From: a virus
IMG/VR virus record: IMGVR_UViG_3300021301_000019
DNA length: 20,265 nucleotides
Reading direction: 5' to 3' (one strand)
Every line of letters starts with the position of its first letter. Positions within the stretch are counted from its first letter, which is position 1. A program made the position numbers and the translations under genes. This document shows, piece after piece, positions 17,038 through 20,265 of this stretch. The notes under the pieces are model-generated. The model was not told the origin of the DNA and did no database searches. It was given only the letters and a program-made list of their open reading frames with translations.

Positions 17038-17892
17038 ATGACCTATACAAGACCAGATTTAACACAAGTTCTCGTTAACGAAGAGGAAATGAATACAAGG
17101 TTAACAAACCTTCAGGCATTGCTTAGAACAATATTAACTGATTTGGATATTGAATATACATCATCAAATACTGTAATTGAACTGATAAGACTATTGGAAA
17201 GGTCATACTATGCACAAATCGACGGCAACGCAGATATAAGCAATGTTCAATCATTGTTCAGCGAACATGTAGTAATGAGAAATGTGCATGATGATGACGG
17301 TGATCCCAATATTCAATTTCTAAGAACCACTCAAGCTCCGAACTTCGCATTCAGCTATCATCCGGTATCTGGAGGTACTGGAATGGTAACGGCCGCAACA
17401 CTATTGGCAGGTAAGACATTATTTCAAGGATATGACAATTGGACTGTCGAATATGATATGATCGCTCCAAACCCAGGTTATTATGAAACCAACCGTGGAA
17501 TGTGCGTACTCTTCAATGATTCAACACCTGTTCCAAGCCAAAGCACATACTATGGGTTTTCAGCAGGAATAACAATCAAGTCAAGAAAAGTCTATGTATT
17601 CATAGGAAAATGGGACAATACATTAATACCAACATACACTTACTCGCAAAACACATTAACAGCCGGTGAAACTTACCATATCAAAATCAACTGCAATAAT
17701 GGAAACATTGACGTTAATGTAACTGATGCCAGTGATAATGAAGTAATTAAAACCAATTATAATTTTTATGATGATTCATTTTACCGTGGAGGCTACAATG
17801 CAAGAGTGGGAACCTATGCAGATTGGCAGGCATATGAAGCACCATTATATGGTACTTATATAGGCATGAAAAACATTTTAATAGACTATTAA
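17038..17892 (+). CDS. Putative receptor-binding protein (helical N-terminal anchor plus lectin/ConA-like beta domain)
   Basis: GGGAG RBS; N-terminal helix shared with 17895-19001; Y/W/N/T-rich beta region (WTVEYDM, GETYHIKIN, ARVG...MKNILI). Confidence 0.55.
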   Translation: MTYTRPDLTQVLVNEEEMNTRLTNLQALLRTILTDLDIEYTSSNTVIELIRLLERSYYAQIDGNADISNVQSLFSEHVVMRNVHDDDGDPNIQFLRTTQAPNFAFSYHPVSGGTGMVTAATLLAGKTLFQGYDNWTVEYDMIAPNPGYYETNRGMCVLFNDSTPVPSQSTYYGFSAGITIKSRKVYVFIGKWDNTLIPTYTYSQNTLTAGETYHIKINCNNGNIDVNVTDASDNEVIKTNYNFYDDSFYRGGYNARVGTYADWQAYEAPLYGTYIGMKNILIDY

Positions 17893-17894
17893 GA

Positions 17895-19001
17895 GTGATA
17901 AGAGTGAGTATAGCCGATAATGTTATAACAACAAATACAAACCTTGCAATCGCAAGGACTGAGATAAGAAACAAGTTAACAAAGTATGGAATCTATTTTA
18001 CAAACGATGACGACATATTCACGTTAGTTAGAAGAGCACAATACCTCACAGGAAAGTTTAAAGGAGGTGGAAGTGTAAGCTATCCCGATGGACAAGTTTT
18101 CAGTGAAGATGAAAATGAAGTAGAAGTAAGCATTTATGATAAAAACTACGAGGGTCTTATAGATTATCCGGTTGATGTTATAATCACAATCAATGGCGTT
18201 GAGACTCATTACATGGCATTGTCAATTGACGGATACAAGACAATAACAATAAATATTCCAAAAGGAGCCAGTGAAGCATTGATGGAAATATATGCCGGAG
18301 ATAAAGTAATGTTTTCAGATACATTCAATGTATATGCATTCTATTACGGAAGGGAGGAAATAACCTCGGATGATGTTACAGTATGGAAATATCCGTCAAC
18401 CGCTTCAGTAACATTGTCTGATTACGTTTGGGATTCAGGCTATAAAAAGCGTGGTCTTCAGATTTCAAAAGCATATGGGGCCAGTGAAGCTGCATATACA
18501 ATACCAACTGAAATGATTGATGGAATCTATCTTGGTGCAAGTTATGAAAGCAGCTATCAGGGAATCCACTTTCATGCACAAATCGTTCCGCAGTATTCAA
18601 GTAGTAGCGGATGGGCATGCGGTATAGGACTTTTAACATCAAATAGGTTGTCACATTACCGTGACAATGCAATACTTGAACTTGGAGCATATCCTGGTAA
18701 AAAAGGAATCAGATATTCAGGAACAGACCATCTGATAAACGAGGACTACTGTACCAGTGGGCAATTGACATTAAATAGTGTATGGTATGACTTTGACTTA
18801 TATTATCGCTCAGGCGTTGGATGGAAAGGAGTAATATCAAACAACGGGACTGTAGTGTATTCAAATGTTAATTCATCTCCTCCGGGTTCCGTTGGAAGAT
18901 ACCTTCAGATGAATAGAGTCTATCCTGTGCTGATGATATATGACTATGGCGGAAAAGGAATATTCAGGGATGTAAAGATTACTCCATGGGATGGTGATTA
19001 A
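17895..19001 (+). CDS. Putative receptor-binding protein (shared helical anchor, Ig-like and lectin-like domains)
   Basis: N-terminal NLAIARTEIRNKLTKYGIYFT...LVRR resembles that of 17038-17892; aromatic-rich C-terminus (WYDFDLYY, GIFRDVKI). Confidence 0.55.
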   Translation: MIRVSIADNVITTNTNLAIARTEIRNKLTKYGIYFTNDDDIFTLVRRAQYLTGKFKGGGSVSYPDGQVFSEDENEVEVSIYDKNYEGLIDYPVDVIITINGVETHYMALSIDGYKTITINIPKGASEALMEIYAGDKVMFSDTFNVYAFYYGREEITSDDVTVWKYPSTASVTLSDYVWDSGYKKRGLQISKAYGASEAAYTIPTEMIDGIYLGASYESSYQGIHFHAQIVPQYSSSSGWACGIGLLTSNRLSHYRDNAILELGAYPGKKGIRYSGTDHLINEDYCTSGQLTLNSVWYDFDLYYRSGVGWKGVISNNGTVVYSNVNSSPPGSVGRYLQMNRVYPVLMIYDYGGKGIFRDVKITPWDGD

Positions 19002-19002
19002 A

Positions 19003-20151
19003 ATGGCTGAAAAGGAATGGATTGAAATCGGACAAGTAATTGGTGATACTGGGCCTAAAGGGGATACTGGAGATATAGGGATAGGAACAATAATAAAAGG
19101 ACATTATGACAATTATGCGGACTTTATTGCAGTTCATCCTTCAGGAAAACTTGGTGATGCATATATTGTCGATGGCAGCTATTACTACTGGAATGAAAAC
19201 GGATGGGCTAACGCCGGTTCTGTTAAAGGAGATACTGGTGAAACCGGGGCCAAAGGCGATAAAGGTGATAAAGGAGATACTGGTGCGAAAGGTAACACTG
19301 GAAAGACTGGGCCAAAGGGAGACACTGGAGATACCGGTGCAGGCGTTACCATTAAAGGTTCATATAATACTTACGTGGAATTAATTGCTGAACATCCAAC
19401 AGGTAATGAGGGCGACAGCTATTTAGTTAACGGATCTCTTTATGTCTGGAATGGAACTGCTTGGGAAAACGTAGGAAACATAAAAGGAGAGAAAGGTGAA
19501 ACCGGTCAACAAGGTGTTAAAGGTGATACAGGTGATAGTGGCTTTTCACCAACAGTTAATGTCGACCATTCTACTGGCCAGATAGTAATCACAAGCGAGG
19601 AAGGTTTAGCTATAATTTCATTTGATGAACTCAAAGGAGATACTGGACCTCAAGGAGTTAAGGGAGATACAGGAAACACTGGTGATGCATTCACTTTCGA
19701 TGACTTTACACCAGAACAATTGGCAAGTCTGAAAGGGGCAACTGGGGATACTGGTGCAACAGGAAGTAAAGGAGACAAAGGAGATAAGGGCGATACTGGT
19801 CCTGCTACTGATGAAAACGCAGGATGGAAACTGCCAGTAGATAAGATATTGACCACAACAACATTGCCGACTGGTGTCAGCAAAGGTTATCGTGTAGCCA
19901 TTGTTACCAGTTCTGTAATGGCCATTAAAGAATACAATGGAAGTTCCTGGGAAACTGAAAGCTTGGATGCATATTCAGTGATACCATTAAAACATTCCGG
20001 AGGTATACAGATGTATTTGGCAAAAGCTAGTGGTCCAGTATATATGGGTGTGGAATACGGAGTATTCGGGAAATTCAGATTCATGACTCAAGCGGCATAT
20101 GATGCGTTAGGTAGCTATGATGAGGATACAATTTATTTCGTGAGAAGTTAA
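19003..20151 (+). CDS. Collagen-like fibre protein with two intact GSY/HPTG/GDAY modules and a phage-fibre C-terminal motif
   Basis: GGTGA RBS; Gly-X-Y runs; [11 protein letters not shown]; C-terminal MTQAAYDALGSYDEDTIYFV motif common in tail/head fibre proteins. Confidence 0.9.
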   Translation: MAEKEWIEIGQVIGDTGPKGDTGDIGIGTIIKGHYDNYADFIAVHPSGKLGDAYIVDGSYYYWNENGWANAGSVKGDTGETGAKGDKGDKGDTGAKGNTGKTGPKGDTGDTGAGVTIKGSYNTYVELIAEHPTGNEGDSYLVNGSLYVWNGTAWENVGNIKGEKGETGQQGVKGDTGDSGFSPTVNVDHSTGQIVITSEEGLAIISFDELKGDTGPQGVKGDTGNTGDAFTFDDFTPEQLASLKGATGDTGATGSKGDKGDKGDTGPATDENAGWKLPVDKILTTTTLPTGVSKGYRVAIVTSSVMAIKEYNGSSWETESLDAYSVIPLKHSGGIQMYLAKASGPVYMGVEYGVFGKFRFMTQAAYDALGSYDEDTIYFVRS

Positions 20152-20214
20152 TGTATTTCAAATAATTTATTATATATGAATGTGATAATAATTATTATTG
20201 AAAGGTGATTTTTC

Positions 20215-20265
20215 ATGATTTACACTATTGAAGAAATTAAGCAAAAGGCTATTCCAATCGCACAG
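20215..20265 (+). CDS. 5' end of a probable minimal nucleotidyltransferase (MNT)-type protein, truncated by window edge
   Basis: AGGTGA RBS at 20203-20208, TATA-like TTATATAT upstream; MIYTIEEIKQKAIPIAQ resembles typical MNT N-termini; only 17 codons visible. Confidence 0.45.
   Translation, partial: MIYTIEEIKQKAIPIAQ

Overview
AT-rich window that reads as an integrated archaeal virus-like element. The host is probably a Methanobacteriales (Methanobrevibacter-like) methanogen, inferred from AGGTGA/GGAGG ribosome-binding sites, TTTATATA boxes and the integrase style. Left to right it holds: a 60-bp-period palindromic repeat array; a tyrosine integrase convergent with a winged-helix gene, the pair bracketed by a ~28-bp inverted repeat; an early/replication operon (small ORFs, SSAP-like protein, MCM/SF3-like P-loop ATPase) followed by an origin-like repeat/hairpin region; a portal-like gene; an antisense, doubly disrupted DUF3800 gene with a structured RNA downstream; a Mu gpI-like prohead protease/scaffold; a hairpin-rich gap where a major capsid gene would be expected; a DUF2341-like protein; two capsid-decoration-like paralogues; two holin-like genes; a GT2 glycosyltransferase; Thr-rich collagen-like fibre genes and lectin-like putative receptor-binding genes; and the start of a probable minimal nucleotidyltransferase. 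No terminase, major capsid, tail tube/tape-measure or endolysin gene is recognisable in the window. Top leads: (1) a fibre module split at the same turn across consecutive genes, suggesting 'plug-and-socket' fibre assembly and possible head-to-tail polymerisation; (2) a head module with portal, scaffold and decoration genes but no capsid gene (possible archaeal satellite, or a decayed provirus); (3) att-like tandem palindromes and an inverted repeat around the integrase. All protein assignments are from motif recognition by eye; no database searches were run.
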